41,302 nt of DNA from Thermoplasmatales archaeon SW_10_69_26 (GTDB taxonomy: Archaea > Thermoplasmatota > SW-10-69-26). The translations under genes were made by a program, and so were the position numbers. The notes beneath the pieces are model-generated. The model had not been told where the DNA came from and made no database searches. It was given only the letters and a program-made list of their open reading frames with translations. This document shows, piece by piece, positions 1 to 9,039 of this stretch (position 1 is its first letter; every line of letters starts with the position of its first letter). The DNA lies in assembly GCA_003009755.1 (NCBI GenBank), contig PXUB01000048.1:1-41302 (forward strand), written 5' to 3'.

Positions 1-96
1 TCTCGGCTCCGCGCTTTCACCGCCTGAGGCCGAGCGAGAGCTTAACCCAAGCACAGCCGGCAGTCTAGGGGGCCTCCTCCCGCGGGGAGCAGAGCC

Positions 97-662
97 TCAA
101 CCGATTGTGGCGTGCTTGCTCATCGGCAACCGATCTCGATCGGTGTCGACGACGAGCACCGTTCCCGTCGGCCCGTCGAAGAACGCCACGTCGGGGATCC
201 GGAGGCTCGATCGCTCCCCGCTCGCCTCTCCGCTGTCGTAGCACGAGACCACGGTGCATCCGTCGGCTCGAGAGGCGTCGGGCCGCCAGGTGCCGCCGGG
301 CCGTTCGAAACGAGTCCCGACAGGGCCGTCTCGTCGATGGTGCGATCCGTGAGCTTCGACCGAGATCGAGCGCCTCAGCAACGTCAGCCTGACGCGAGGA
401 GAACGTGTCCGTGCTCGGCACGCGCTCGGCCTGGGACCGTGAAACACCGTTCACGTCGTAGCTGAGCTCTGTCCCCCGACCGGGGACTCCGCTCTCCCGG
501 ATCGTCTTCTCGACTGTCGCGTCGATGCCGTCGGTCGAGTTCCCGACGGCCGGGCAAACACGGCACCGAACTCCCGCAACGCCAGACGGCCGAGCCGGAC
601 GCCGAGACCCAACGCCAAGACAGCCAGTCGCGGGCGCGTCCGCGCGCGAGAGCAACGCGCAT
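97..662 (-). pseudogene. possible decayed lipoprotein/secreted protein gene
   Basis: Protein-like segments lie in different minus frames (ATGCLG lipobox-like; GNSTDGIDATVEKTIRESG...ELSYDVNG; SLRIPDVAFFDGPTGTVLVVDTD). No single intact ORF with host codon style. Confidence 0.3.
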
Positions 663-790
663 CCGCGCAGGGACGTGCAGTGGTACCGCCGATTATCTCC
701 CTGCCAGCGTTCCCTGACCGCTTGCGGTCGATCCTTGGCGCGGCAAGACCTGATGTCCACCGGCTAGAGATGTTCTACGGGAAGGTCCCG

Positions 791-805
791 CGGAAACCTT
801 TATGC
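791..805 (+). promoter_or_regulatory. BRE/TATA promoter of the transketolase genes (leaderless)
   Basis: CGGAAA-CCTTTATGC about 26-30 nt before ATG 831. Confidence 0.55.
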
Positions 806-830
806 AAGCGAGGATGGTCCAAGCGGAACG

Positions 831-1685
831 ATGGCTTCGGTTTCCCTGGCCCAGGCCCGCCGGGAGCTCGACGACGACCAGCTAGAGCAGATGGCGCGGC
901 GCGTGCGTCGCGACGTCCTCAAGATGACGCATCTGGCAGGCAGCGGCCATCCGGGCGGCTCGTTCTCGATGACCGAGCTGCTCGTCACGCTCTACACTCG
1001 CTTCCTCGACGTCGATCCCGACGACCCGGACGACCCCGAGCGCGACCGCTTCATCCTCTCGAAGGGCCACTGCTGCCCCGGGCACTACGCGCTGCTGGCC
1101 CGCATGGGCTTCTTCGACCGGGACGAGCTGTGGAACCTCCGCCGGTTCGACAGCTTCCTGCAGGGCCACGAGGACCTCAAGGTCCCCGGCTGCGACGTCT
1201 CCACCGGGTCGCTCGGCCAGGGCCTTTCCTACGCCAACGGGTGCGCGCTCGCCGCCGACCAGGACGAGCGCGACTTCCACACCTGGGTCATGCTCGGCGA
1301 CGGCGAGGTCCAGGAGGGCCAGGTCTGGGAGGCCGCGATGACGGCCGCCCACCGCAAGCTCGACAACCTCACGGCGATCGTCGACTACAACAAGATCCAG
1401 ATCGACGGCTTCGTCAACGACGTCAAGGGCGTCGAGCCGCTGGCCGCCAAGTGGCGAGCCTTCGGCTGGCACGTCATCGAGATCGACGGCCACGACCTCT
1501 CCGACATCGAGTCCGCCTACAACGAGGCCCTCGACACGGAGGGCAAGCCGACCCTGATCCTCGCGCACACGGTCAAGGGCAAGGGCGTCTCCTTCATGGA
1601 GAACAAGGCCGAGTTCCACGGCCGCGCCCTCAGCGAGGAGGAGATGGAGCAAGCGCTTCAGGAGCTCGGCGAGGAGGTGGCCTGA
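831..1685 (+). CDS. tktA: transketolase, N-terminal (TPP-binding) subunit
   Basis: SGHPGGSFS, DRFILSKGH, LQGH, STGSLGQG, GDGE...WEA..N TPP motif, HTVKGKG. Confidence 0.95.
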   Translation: MASVSLAQARRELDDDQLEQMARRVRRDVLKMTHLAGSGHPGGSFSMTELLVTLYTRFLDVDPDDPDDPERDRFILSKGHCCPGHYALLARMGFFDRDELWNLRRFDSFLQGHEDLKVPGCDVSTGSLGQGLSYANGCALAADQDERDFHTWVMLGDGEVQEGQVWEAAMTAAHRKLDNLTAIVDYNKIQIDGFVNDVKGVEPLAAKWRAFGWHVIEIDGHDLSDIESAYNEALDTEGKPTLILAHTVKGKGVSFMENKAEFHGRALSEEEMEQALQELGEEVA

Positions 1686-2674
1686 TGGGCAAGAACCCGG
1701 TCGCCCCCGACAAGAAACGCGAGGGTGGCCAGCGCCTGCCCGAACCGATCCGCAACGGGTACGGCCACGGCCTGCTGAAGGCCGGCCGCGAACGCGAGGA
1801 GATCGTCGCCCTCGACGCCGACCTCGCCGGATCCACGCGCTCGCAGTGGTTCGGCGAGGAGTTCCCCGACCGCTTCTACCAGATGGGGATCAGCGAGCAA
1901 GACATGATGGTGACCGCCGTCGGCATGGCCTCCGCCGGCAAGCACCCGTTCGCTTCCACGTTCGCTATCTTCAGCGAGCGCGCGTTCGAGCAGGTGCGCA
2001 ACTCCGTGGCCCGCATGGACGCCAACGTCAAGATCGTCGGCAGCCACGGCGGCGTGCTCACCGGCCAGGACGGCTCCTCCGCCCAGTGCATCGAGGACCT
2101 GGCCGTCTACCGCGCGATCCCGAACATGACGGTGCTTTGCCCCAGCGACGTCGTCGAGTCCGAGGCCGCCACGCTGGCGCTCGCCGAGTACGAGGGCCCG
2201 GCCTACATGCGGACCACGCGGCGCAAGACCCCGATCCACCACGACGAGGACACGACGTTCGAGATCGGCGAGGGCGAGATCCTGCGCGAGGGCGAGGACG
2301 TCGCCCTCGTCGGCACCGGCTCGATGACCGGCCGCGCCATGCAGGCCGCCGAGCGGCTCGAGGCCAAGGGCGTCAGCGCGCTCGTGGCCAACATGCCGAC
2401 GATCAAGCCGATCGACCGCGACCTCGTCGCCGAGATCAGCCAACGCACCGGCCACGTCGTCACCTGCGAGGACCACAACGTGATCGGCGCCCTCGGCAGC
2501 GCCGTCGCCGAAGCCCTGGCCGAGACCCGGCCGGCCAAGATGGCCCGCGTCGGCATCGACGACCACTTCGGCCGCTCGGGCACCCCCGACAAGCTCTACG
2601 AGGCCTTCGGCCTCACGCCCGACCACATCGTCGAGGAAGCCGAGCGCCTGGTCGGGAACAGAGTGCGGGCGTAG
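1685..2674 (+). CDS. tktB: transketolase, C-terminal subunit
   Basis: ATG overlaps the upstream stop (TGATG); LDADLAGST, MGISEQDM, STFAIF, GQDGSSAQ, EDHNVIGALGSAVAE, FGRSG. Confidence 0.93.
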   Translation: MGKNPVAPDKKREGGQRLPEPIRNGYGHGLLKAGREREEIVALDADLAGSTRSQWFGEEFPDRFYQMGISEQDMMVTAVGMASAGKHPFASTFAIFSERAFEQVRNSVARMDANVKIVGSHGGVLTGQDGSSAQCIEDLAVYRAIPNMTVLCPSDVVESEAATLALAEYEGPAYMRTTRRKTPIHHDEDTTFEIGEGEILREGEDVALVGTGSMTGRAMQAAERLEAKGVSALVANMPTIKPIDRDLVAEISQRTGHVVTCEDHNVIGALGSAVAEALAETRPAKMARVGIDDHFGRSGTPDKLYEAFGLTPDHIVEEAERLVGNRVRA

Positions 2675-3063
2675 GCGAGAGGCTTCCGAGATCCGGAGAG
2701 ACGGCCCACCATCGGGTACCTCGCGGGAGCAGATCGTCGTCTCCGGAGACCACGCCTGACCGCAGACACCGCTGACAGCGTGCGAACTGCCAGCATCGCT
2801 GGTTCGGCCCCATCGCGCGGCCCGATGCTGGCGGAAGGACGGACCGGCAACCACCGATCGGTCCCTCCGAACTCCGAGCATCCTTGACCGGCGCAGACGC
2901 GCGGTCGGATGCTCGGAGGAAACGGGAGAACGCCTCGCCATCGGAGACTTCGGGGGACAGCGGCGAGACGATCGAGGCGTTCGTCGGGGTGGCCCGCCGA
3001 CGGGCTCGCTTCGGAGCTGTGCGCCGACCACTCCGTCATCGAGGTGCCCGCCGTCCAGGGGGC

Positions 3064-3417
3064 CTACGTCGCCGAGCGCTGCTGACCCTGCAGGAACCGT
3101 TCCAGCTTCAGGCCTTCCCGGATGTCTTCTTGCATGCCTTCGGGGCCCTGCATCGTGAACTCGATCGGTTCCCCGGTGCCGGAGAGCGCCAGCTCGTAGT
3201 CGGCCATCGGGCAGCAGCGACGCTCGTTGCGGATGAACGAGGTGACCATCGCCAGCGTCTCGTGGTCGCCGGGGAACGTGAACCGGTAGCCGCCCTCGAC
3301 CGGGTCGGCGGCTTCGAGCCGCTCCATCATGGCGATCACGTTCGGCTTGCGCTGCTCGAGCTCTTCCTCACTCAGACCGCAGTAGTCCGGGATCGCGACG
3401 TCGATGTCTTTCGTCAT
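3064..3417 (-). CDS. small Cys/Cys-Cys protein of unknown function (putative metal-binding)
   Basis: Acidic host-style ORF; CGLSEEEL...GYRFTF...ERRCCP...GPEG pattern resembles hypothetical proteins often found near metal-resistance genes. Confidence 0.7.
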   Translation of the reverse strand: MTKDIDVAIPDYCGLSEEELEQRKPNVIAMMERLEAADPVEGGYRFTFPGDHETLAMVTSFIRNERRCCPMADYELALSGTGEPIEFTMQGPEGMQEDIREGLKLERFLQGQQRSAT

Positions 3418-3478
3418 GCAACTCCAGATGCGGCTCCCTCACCCTTGAAGCCGGCGGTGAAACAGCCTGAAGCGGGTC

Positions 3479-4852
3479 TCACTCGAGCGCGAGCACGTCG
3501 ATCCCGTCGTAGCGGTCGCCGACGAACACGTACCCGTTGTAGTACCAGGAGTCCATCGAGTCCTTGCCCGTCCAGCGGTCCTGGATGTAGGGGTCCTCGG
3601 GGTTCGTGAAGTCGATCAGCATCGTGCCGCCGGTGTAGAACGTCATCACGAGCTGGTCGCGGTCGGCGTCGGGGATCATGCGCCCGATGTGGCCGGTGCA
3701 CTCGCCGGGCCGCTGTTCCTCGGTCACGTGGGTGCTGGGCGAGATCCAGCTCAACAGCTCGGGGTTCTCCTCGTCGCTGATGTCGTAGAACCACACGTTG
3801 GCGAAGGGTCCGGAGGCGCGAGCGTCTCCAGCGTCGACGTGGGCATCGCACACGGGCGCGGCCCCACCGCCGGTCTCGTCGGCGACGGCCATGACCGAGG
3901 CGTCCTCGTTGACGACGACCCAGTGGCTGACGGTGGCCAGGATCGGCAGGCCCGGCGCCGGCTGTTGGTTGTGCGGCATCGGGGAGGTCGAGACGACCTC
4001 GGGGTCGAGCGGGTCCTCGATGTCCCAGATCTGCGTGGCGTCGACGCCCGCGCAGTAGGCCCGCTGCTTGTCCTCGGTCATGTGGAAGCTGATCGCGTGG
4101 CACCCGTAGCCGTTGACCCAGTCGCCGACGACCTCGGGGTTCCGCGGGTCGGAGAGGTCGATGAACTCGGTCTTGCCGCCCTCCTCGGTCGCCGGGTTGT
4201 AAGCGTAGCCGGGGTAGCCGCCCTCGCTGTTGGCGTTGTAGATGTAGGGCGTGCCGGGCGGGTTGGCGAGCGTGTGGCCGGGGGCGTCGACCTCGATCGT
4301 GGACAGCAGGCGCGGGTCCTCGGGGTCGGTGATGTCCCAGACCGGGTACTCGCCGGACGAGCTGGCGATCACCGTGACGAGCGTCCCGTCCGTGTAGGGG
4401 ATGATGAGGGATTGGCGACCGTTGACACCCGTGTCGAACGTGGTCAGGACCTCGGGGCTCGTGGGGTCGCTGACGTCGAAGATCTCGCCGTCGGGGTTGA
4501 CGGCCAGGCTGCCGAAGATGGCGAACCCGTCGCCGGCCCAGCCCTCGCCCTGCTGGGAGAGGTGCTCGAAGCCCTCGACCTCGTCGGGCAGCTCCCGCTC
4601 GTCGATCGGTTGCCACCACTCGGGCGCGTCCTCGGGGACGTGGGTCAAGGTCGGCTGGTCGAAGTCGGGGTGCGGCGCCAGCTGCGGATCCGACCACAGG
4701 GCTTGCTCGCTGGGCGGTGCCAGCACCTCCTCGACTGCCCCCGTGTCGGGCGTCTGGGCGGACTGTGTGTCGACCTCGTCTCGAGCGGTACCGATGCATC
4801 CTGCAACCGCCGCCAGGGCAGCCAGCAGGACGATCCATCTTCCCCGTCGCAT
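3479..4852 (-). CDS. LVIVD-repeat beta-propeller lipoprotein
   Basis: Lipobox LAAVAGC; repeated (W/F)D(I/V/L)(S/T)DPxxP blades; His/Asp cluster (GHTL, GCHAI, SHW, DE, GH). Confidence 0.85.
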   Translation of the reverse strand: MRRGRWIVLLAALAAVAGCIGTARDEVDTQSAQTPDTGAVEEVLAPPSEQALWSDPQLAPHPDFDQPTLTHVPEDAPEWWQPIDERELPDEVEGFEHLSQQGEGWAGDGFAIFGSLAVNPDGEIFDVSDPTSPEVLTTFDTGVNGRQSLIIPYTDGTLVTVIASSSGEYPVWDITDPEDPRLLSTIEVDAPGHTLANPPGTPYIYNANSEGGYPGYAYNPATEEGGKTEFIDLSDPRNPEVVGDWVNGYGCHAISFHMTEDKQRAYCAGVDATQIWDIEDPLDPEVVSTSPMPHNQQPAPGLPILATVSHWVVVNEDASVMAVADETGGGAAPVCDAHVDAGDARASGPFANVWFYDISDEENPELLSWISPSTHVTEEQRPGECTGHIGRMIPDADRDQLVMTFYTGGTMLIDFTNPEDPYIQDRWTGKDSMDSWYYNGYVFVGDRYDGIDVLALE

Positions 4853-4910
4853 GCGAGGGAAGGCGCCGGCTGGACGGATAAGGGTTCTTGGCCGCGCCTA
4901 TGTCAGGCGC

Positions 4911-6239
4911 TCAGTTCTCCAGCGCCTCGCGCAACGTTTCGCGTGTCTCTTTCGGGTCGGCTCGCCCTTGCGTGGCTTGCATGACCTGCCCGACGAGGTA
5001 GTTGACGGCGCCCTCCTCGCCGGCCTCGTAGTCGTCGACCGCGCCCGGGTTGGCCTCGATCGCTTCCTCGACGGCGGCCTCGAGGTCGACGCCGCCGTCG
5101 CGCTCGGCGGCCAGCTGATCGCCGATGGCCTCGCCGTCGAGGTGGGCGCGCAACAGACGCGTGAACACGTGCTTGGTGATCTCGTCTGCGTGCCAGGCGA
5201 GGGCCAGCTCCGCGACCGTGTCCCGGCGGGCGGGGCTCTCGGCCAGCCTCGTGTCGCGGTAGTCGAGCTCGCCCCGCAACCGGTGCAGCACGACGTCGAC
5301 CGCCATCCCGTCGTCGGTGCGCTCTCGGAGCTCGGCGAACAACTCCTCGAGTTCAGGCTCCTCGAGCAGAGCCAGAGCCTCGCCGAGCTCGACGTCGACC
5401 TCGGCCCGCAGCTCGCGCACCCTGGAGGGCACGTCGGCCGGCGGATCCAGACGCTGGGCGGGCGCGGAGAGATCGATGGGGCGCAGGTCGGGCTCGTCCA
5501 TGTAGCGGTAGTCGCCGACGGTCTCCTTCTCCCGGCTGGGCTGGGTCGTGTGCTTGGCCTCGTCGTAGTGGCGGGTGCTCATGCCGACCTCGCGACCGGC
5601 GTCCCGTTCGCGGCGTTGGCGGTCGATCTCGAACCTGGCGGCGCGCGCGGCGTTGCGGGCGCCGACGACGTTCTTGACCTCGACGCGGTCCCCGCCATCG
5701 GTGGAGACGTTGACGTCGGCCTTCAGCTCGGCCTCGGGCCGGGCCACGCCGGCTCGCTCCAAGGCTAGCCGGAGCACGCGGAACCACGTCGTCACCTCCT
5801 CGGGCGAGGACAGGTCCGGCTCGGTGACGATCTCGACCAGCGGCCGCCCCGAGCGGTTCAGGTCGACGGTGCCCTCGCCTGGATCGAAGGCGCCGGGGTC
5901 CTCCTCGAGGTGGACCTCGCGGATGCCGACCTCCCAAAACGAGCCCTCGCGCCCGACCGGCGTCGTCGTGCGCTGGTAGTTGTTCGGCAGATCCGGGTAG
6001 ACGTAGTGCTTGCGCAGCACCGTCGACCGCTCCTCCCGATGACAGTCGAGCACGCGGGCCGCCTGGACCGCCAGCTCGACGGCCCGCTCGTTGACGCCGC
6101 GGGGACGAGCCCCGGGTTGCCCGGTGCAGGTCGGGCACACGTGCGCGTTCGGCCGCTGGGCCTCGCCGGCCGGGCACCGGCAGTACAGCTTGGCTGCGGT
6201 GTCGAGGGGGACGTGCACCTCGAGCCCGATCCGGGTCAC
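4911..6239 (-). CDS. gatB: Asp-tRNA(Asn)/Glu-tRNA(Gln) amidotransferase subunit B
   Basis: IGLEVH, CPTCTGQPG, RKHYVYPDLP, HLEEDPG, DLNRSGRPLVEIVTEPD, RVEVKN, DYRYMDEPDL, C-terminal YqeY-like NYLVGQVM; GTG overlaps the gatA stop. Confidence 0.93.
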   Translation of the reverse strand: MTRIGLEVHVPLDTAAKLYCRCPAGEAQRPNAHVCPTCTGQPGARPRGVNERAVELAVQAARVLDCHREERSTVLRKHYVYPDLPNNYQRTTTPVGREGSFWEVGIREVHLEEDPGAFDPGEGTVDLNRSGRPLVEIVTEPDLSSPEEVTTWFRVLRLALERAGVARPEAELKADVNVSTDGGDRVEVKNVVGARNAARAARFEIDRQRRERDAGREVGMSTRHYDEAKHTTQPSREKETVGDYRYMDEPDLRPIDLSAPAQRLDPPADVPSRVRELRAEVDVELGEALALLEEPELEELFAELRERTDDGMAVDVVLHRLRGELDYRDTRLAESPARRDTVAELALAWHADEITKHVFTRLLRAHLDGEAIGDQLAAERDGGVDLEAAVEEAIEANPGAVDDYEAGEEGAVNYLVGQVMQATQGRADPKETRETLREALEN

Positions 6240-7531
6240 GCGCTTGCCTCCTCGTGCAGGCTCATCGCCTCGAGCACGCGCGCATCCTCGCCGCTTGGAG
6301 CGGTGATCTGCAGCCCGACGGGGCCGCCCGGCAGCGGCTCGGTCGGCACGGTACCGGCCGGCAGCCCGGCCAGGTTGGCGTGCACGGTGAGCACGTCGGC
6401 GGCGCTCTCCTCCAGCGGCGAGGGATCTTGGCCGCGCTCGGGCGGCACGGTCGGCATCGTGGGCGTGAGCACGAGATCGACGTCGGCGAACAGCCCCTGC
6501 CAGTCGCGGACGAGGCGGTGGCGGGCCCCGCGGGCGCGGTCGTACCAGGCCGAGCGGTTCTCGCGGGCCGTGATGAACGTGCCCAGCAGGATGCGGCGTT
6601 TCACCTCGCGCCCGAGATCGCGGCGGCTGGCCTGACCGGGGGTGCCGAACACGGTGCCGTCGAACTTGTGCATCGCGCTGGCGAACTCGGCATAGCAGGT
6701 CACGTAGTAGGCCGACAGCGCGCGCTGGCTGTCGGGCATCGCGATCTCGCGCACGTCGGAGACCTCGTCCCTCAGTCGGTCGACGGCCGCCTGGAAGCGC
6801 TCGCGCACGCCCTCGGAGACCGCCTCGGGCAGCTCGTCGGGTACGCCGAGCCTGGCGTCCCTCAGGTCCGGTGACCTGACCCGCTCGAGGGCGGGCTCGG
6901 GTTCGTCCTCGATCGTGGTCGGGTCCTCGGGGTCGGGGCCGGCGATCGCATCGTACAGGCGGGCGAGCCCCTCCGTGGTGGCGGCCATCGGGCCGGGCTG
7001 GTCGAGGCTCATCGCCAGGTCCACCAACCCCCATCGCGACATCCGACCGCGCGTCGGCTTGAGGCCGGCGACCCCGCAGTAGGCGGCCGGGCAGCGGACC
7101 GAGCCGCCCGTGTCCGTGCCCAGCGCGAGGTCGACGTGACCGGCCGCGAGGGCGGCGGCGCACCCGCTGCTGGACCCGCCCGGGACGGTGCCGGGCTGGG
7201 CCGGGTTGTCGGTGGCGCCGTAGGCCGACCGCTCGCCGCGGGACCCGCAGGCGAACTCGTCCATGTTCGCCTTCGAGACGATCGCGGCCCCGGCCCGCCC
7301 GGCCCGCTCGACGACCGTGGCCGTGAAGGGCGCCTGGTGGTCGGCCAGGATCCGGGAGGCGCAGGTCAGCGGCTGGCCGGCCAGGGCCAGGTTGTCCTTG
7401 ACGGCGAGGCTGTGCCCGGTCAGCGGGCCTTCCTCGGCGTCGACGATCGGCTCGTCGAACACGGTCACGTGGGCTGTGGGTCGATCCTCGCCGATGGCCG
7501 CAAGCGCCTGCTCGCCGGCGGCCCGGCTCAC
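6236..7531 (-). CDS. gatA: amidotransferase subunit A (amidase signature)
   Basis: AVKDN, KANMDEFACG, PGGSSSG, GTDTGGSVRCPA, EVKRRILLG, ANLAGLP. Confidence 0.93.
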   Translation of the reverse strand: MSRAAGEQALAAIGEDRPTAHVTVFDEPIVDAEEGPLTGHSLAVKDNLALAGQPLTCASRILADHQAPFTATVVERAGRAGAAIVSKANMDEFACGSRGERSAYGATDNPAQPGTVPGGSSSGCAAALAAGHVDLALGTDTGGSVRCPAAYCGVAGLKPTRGRMSRWGLVDLAMSLDQPGPMAATTEGLARLYDAIAGPDPEDPTTIEDEPEPALERVRSPDLRDARLGVPDELPEAVSEGVRERFQAAVDRLRDEVSDVREIAMPDSQRALSAYYVTCYAEFASAMHKFDGTVFGTPGQASRRDLGREVKRRILLGTFITARENRSAWYDRARGARHRLVRDWQGLFADVDLVLTPTMPTVPPERGQDPSPLEESAADVLTVHANLAGLPAGTVPTEPLPGGPVGLQITAPSGEDARVLEAMSLHEEASA

Positions 7532-7800
7532 GGGTGAAGCGACCTCCCGTCGCGGTCGGGGAAGGCCCGCACGATCGCCTCGATGCCATCCTCGGGCCAG
7601 GGCTCGGGCTCGTCGGCGAACGTGCGCACCGGCGCCGGGGCCTGGGTCTCGTCGCCGAGGTCCTCGAGCTGGAAGGCCGACAGGACCTCTCGGCAGGCCT
7701 GGGCCATCTGCTCGCGCTCGTCCTCGTCGAGCTCGAGGTTCGCCAGCTCGGCCAGGTGGTCGACGTCCAGCGAGCCGGGGTCGGTCTCGTCTGCGGGCAC
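7528..7800 (-). CDS. gatC: amidotransferase subunit C
   Basis: VDHLAELANLELDEDERE...VRTFADEP...FPDRDG; directly upstream of and overlapping gatA; start codon inferred. Confidence 0.8.
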   Translation of the reverse strand: MPADETDPGSLDVDHLAELANLELDEDEREQMAQACREVLSAFQLEDLGDETQAPAPVRTFADEPEPWPEDGIEAIVRAFPDRDGRSLHP

Positions 7801-7819
7801 CAACGGGTGAGAAAGGATG

Positions 7820-7834
7820 ACGGTTCTTAAGGAC
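7820..7834. promoter_or_regulatory. bidirectional TATA-like element between gatC and tRNA-Asn
   Basis: Palindromic CTTAAG (TTCTTAAGG) about 25-30 nt from both the gatC start and tRNA position 1. Confidence 0.5.
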
Positions 7835-7857
7835 CGGGCCGCGTGGTAGCCCATCGA

Positions 7858-7929
7858 GGCCCTGTAGTCTAATTGGTAGGATACGGCGCTGTTAACGCCG
7901 TGGTGCTGGTTCGAGTCCAGCCGGGGCCG
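7858..7929 (+). tRNA. tRNA-Asn(GTT)
   Basis: Acceptor GGCCCTG/CGGGGCC, anticodon arm CGGCG-CTGTTAA-CGCCG, T arm GCTGG-TTCGAGT-CCAGC, G73, no encoded CCA, archaeal G1-C72. Confidence 0.96.
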
Positions 7930-8035
7930 TTGCGAGAGGCCGGTGGAGGTCGATCGGCCTCTCGTAAGAGCACGACCCGAGCGAAGCGAGGGTCGTGCGA
8001 ACTCCGAGATCGGCATCGATCGCGCGGTCTCGGAG
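7930..8035 (+). repeat. three tandem inverted repeats (hairpins) immediately 3' of tRNA-Asn
   Basis: 7930-7942/7955-7967, 7970-7978/7990-7998 (loop GAGCGAAGCGA), 8002-8012/8025-8035. Confidence 0.7.
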
Positions 8036-8204
8036 CCCTCTGCGCGACGAGCCCCCGAGCGCCCGCGGTCTCGCGGTTGCCAAGCTCTCTCCCTTGCTCC
8101 ACGTCCACCGCTCTCGCGTCGAAGCGCCGACCCCGCCCTGGTTGCGAAGCTCTCGTCGCTATCCCAGGCCTTTTGCGTTCCGGCGCCGTTCGGTTGGCTC
8201 GGCG

Positions 8205-8843
8205 ATGGAACGGAACCTTGGGGGGTCGGCTGGGGTCGCGCTCGTGGTTGGGATCGCGCTCGTGCTCAGCATGGGGATCTCGCCCACCGTGGCCGCAGAC
8301 CACGATCCGCCGAACAACAAGTTGACGATCGACCTCAGCTCGCTTTTCATCGATCCGATCGTGGCCTGCTTCACGCCGTTCGAGGGCGTCCACGTCGACG
8401 AGGAGGTCCGCGTGCAGGAGGACCGCCAGCTCGTCCCCGAGGGCTTCGAGGCCGAGGCGGGCGGCGGCGAGCGCGAGGTCGCCGGCGAGCAGGTCGACGT
8501 GCCCGGCGTATCGGCAGGCGTCGGCGATCTGAACCGGACGGCCACGTTCGATATCGACGAGGAGAGGTCTGCGCACGCGAACTCGTCCCAGACCCGGCAA
8601 CAGGTCGGCGGCGACCGCGTCTTCGTACCGGGTGTCTCGATCGTCGTCGGCGACGAGGAGGTCTTCGCCGCCGGCGGCGAGTGGGTCGAGCTTCCGGGCG
8701 AGGAGCTGGGGATCGGCGTCGACCGGAACGTGACGGTCGGCGTCCAACAGGGGTTCGACGGCAACGTCACCGTGGACGAGACGGTCACCATAGATCAGAC
8801 CGTGAACGGCCTCACGGTTTGCATCGAGCTCCCGCAGCTATAG
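8205..8843 (+). CDS. secreted beta-rich hypothetical protein
   Basis: Signal peptide ending VAA-D; three (G/A)G(E/D)xVx(V/L)PG units; one N-terminal and one C-terminal Cys. Confidence 0.75.
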   Translation: MERNLGGSAGVALVVGIALVLSMGISPTVAADHDPPNNKLTIDLSSLFIDPIVACFTPFEGVHVDEEVRVQEDRQLVPEGFEAEAGGGEREVAGEQVDVPGVSAGVGDLNRTATFDIDEERSAHANSSQTRQQVGGDRVFVPGVSIVVGDEEVFAAGGEWVELPGEELGIGVDRNVTVGVQQGFDGNVTVDETVTIDQTVNGLTVCIELPQL

Positions 8844-8889
8844 ACCGCCGCTAGGTTCGTGTACCCCATCTCGCAGAGGGAGGGGAGCG

Positions 8890-9039
8890 ATGCGCCGGAT
8901 CCCGCTGCGAGGCGACGACTCGGACGACGCCGTCCGGGAGGTGGACGAAGCCGACGCTGGGGTCTTGTTCGCGATCATGGATCGGCTCGCCGAGGTCGTC
9001 CCCCAGGTAGGCGACGACAGCGAGGGTGATCCGAGCTAG
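8890..9039 (+). CDS. small acidic protein (49 aa), absent from the ORF track
   Basis: Purine-rich SD-like GAGGGAGGGG before the ATG; MRRIPLRGDDSDDAVREVDEADAGVLFAIMDRLAEVVPQVGDDSEGDPS; stop overlaps the convergent gene stop at CTAG. Confidence 0.5.
   Translation: MRRIPLRGDDSDDAVREVDEADAGVLFAIMDRLAEVVPQVGDDSEGDPS

Noticed and set aside
680-1684. N-terminal half of the 664-aa ORF 680..2674
   Set aside because: Off-frame overlap of tktA; the real tktB starts at ATG 1685. Not a fusion or programmed frameshift.
6240-7589. N-terminal 450 aa of the 892-aa ORF 4911..7589
   Set aside because: Arg-rich shadow of gatA; gatB begins at GTG 6239
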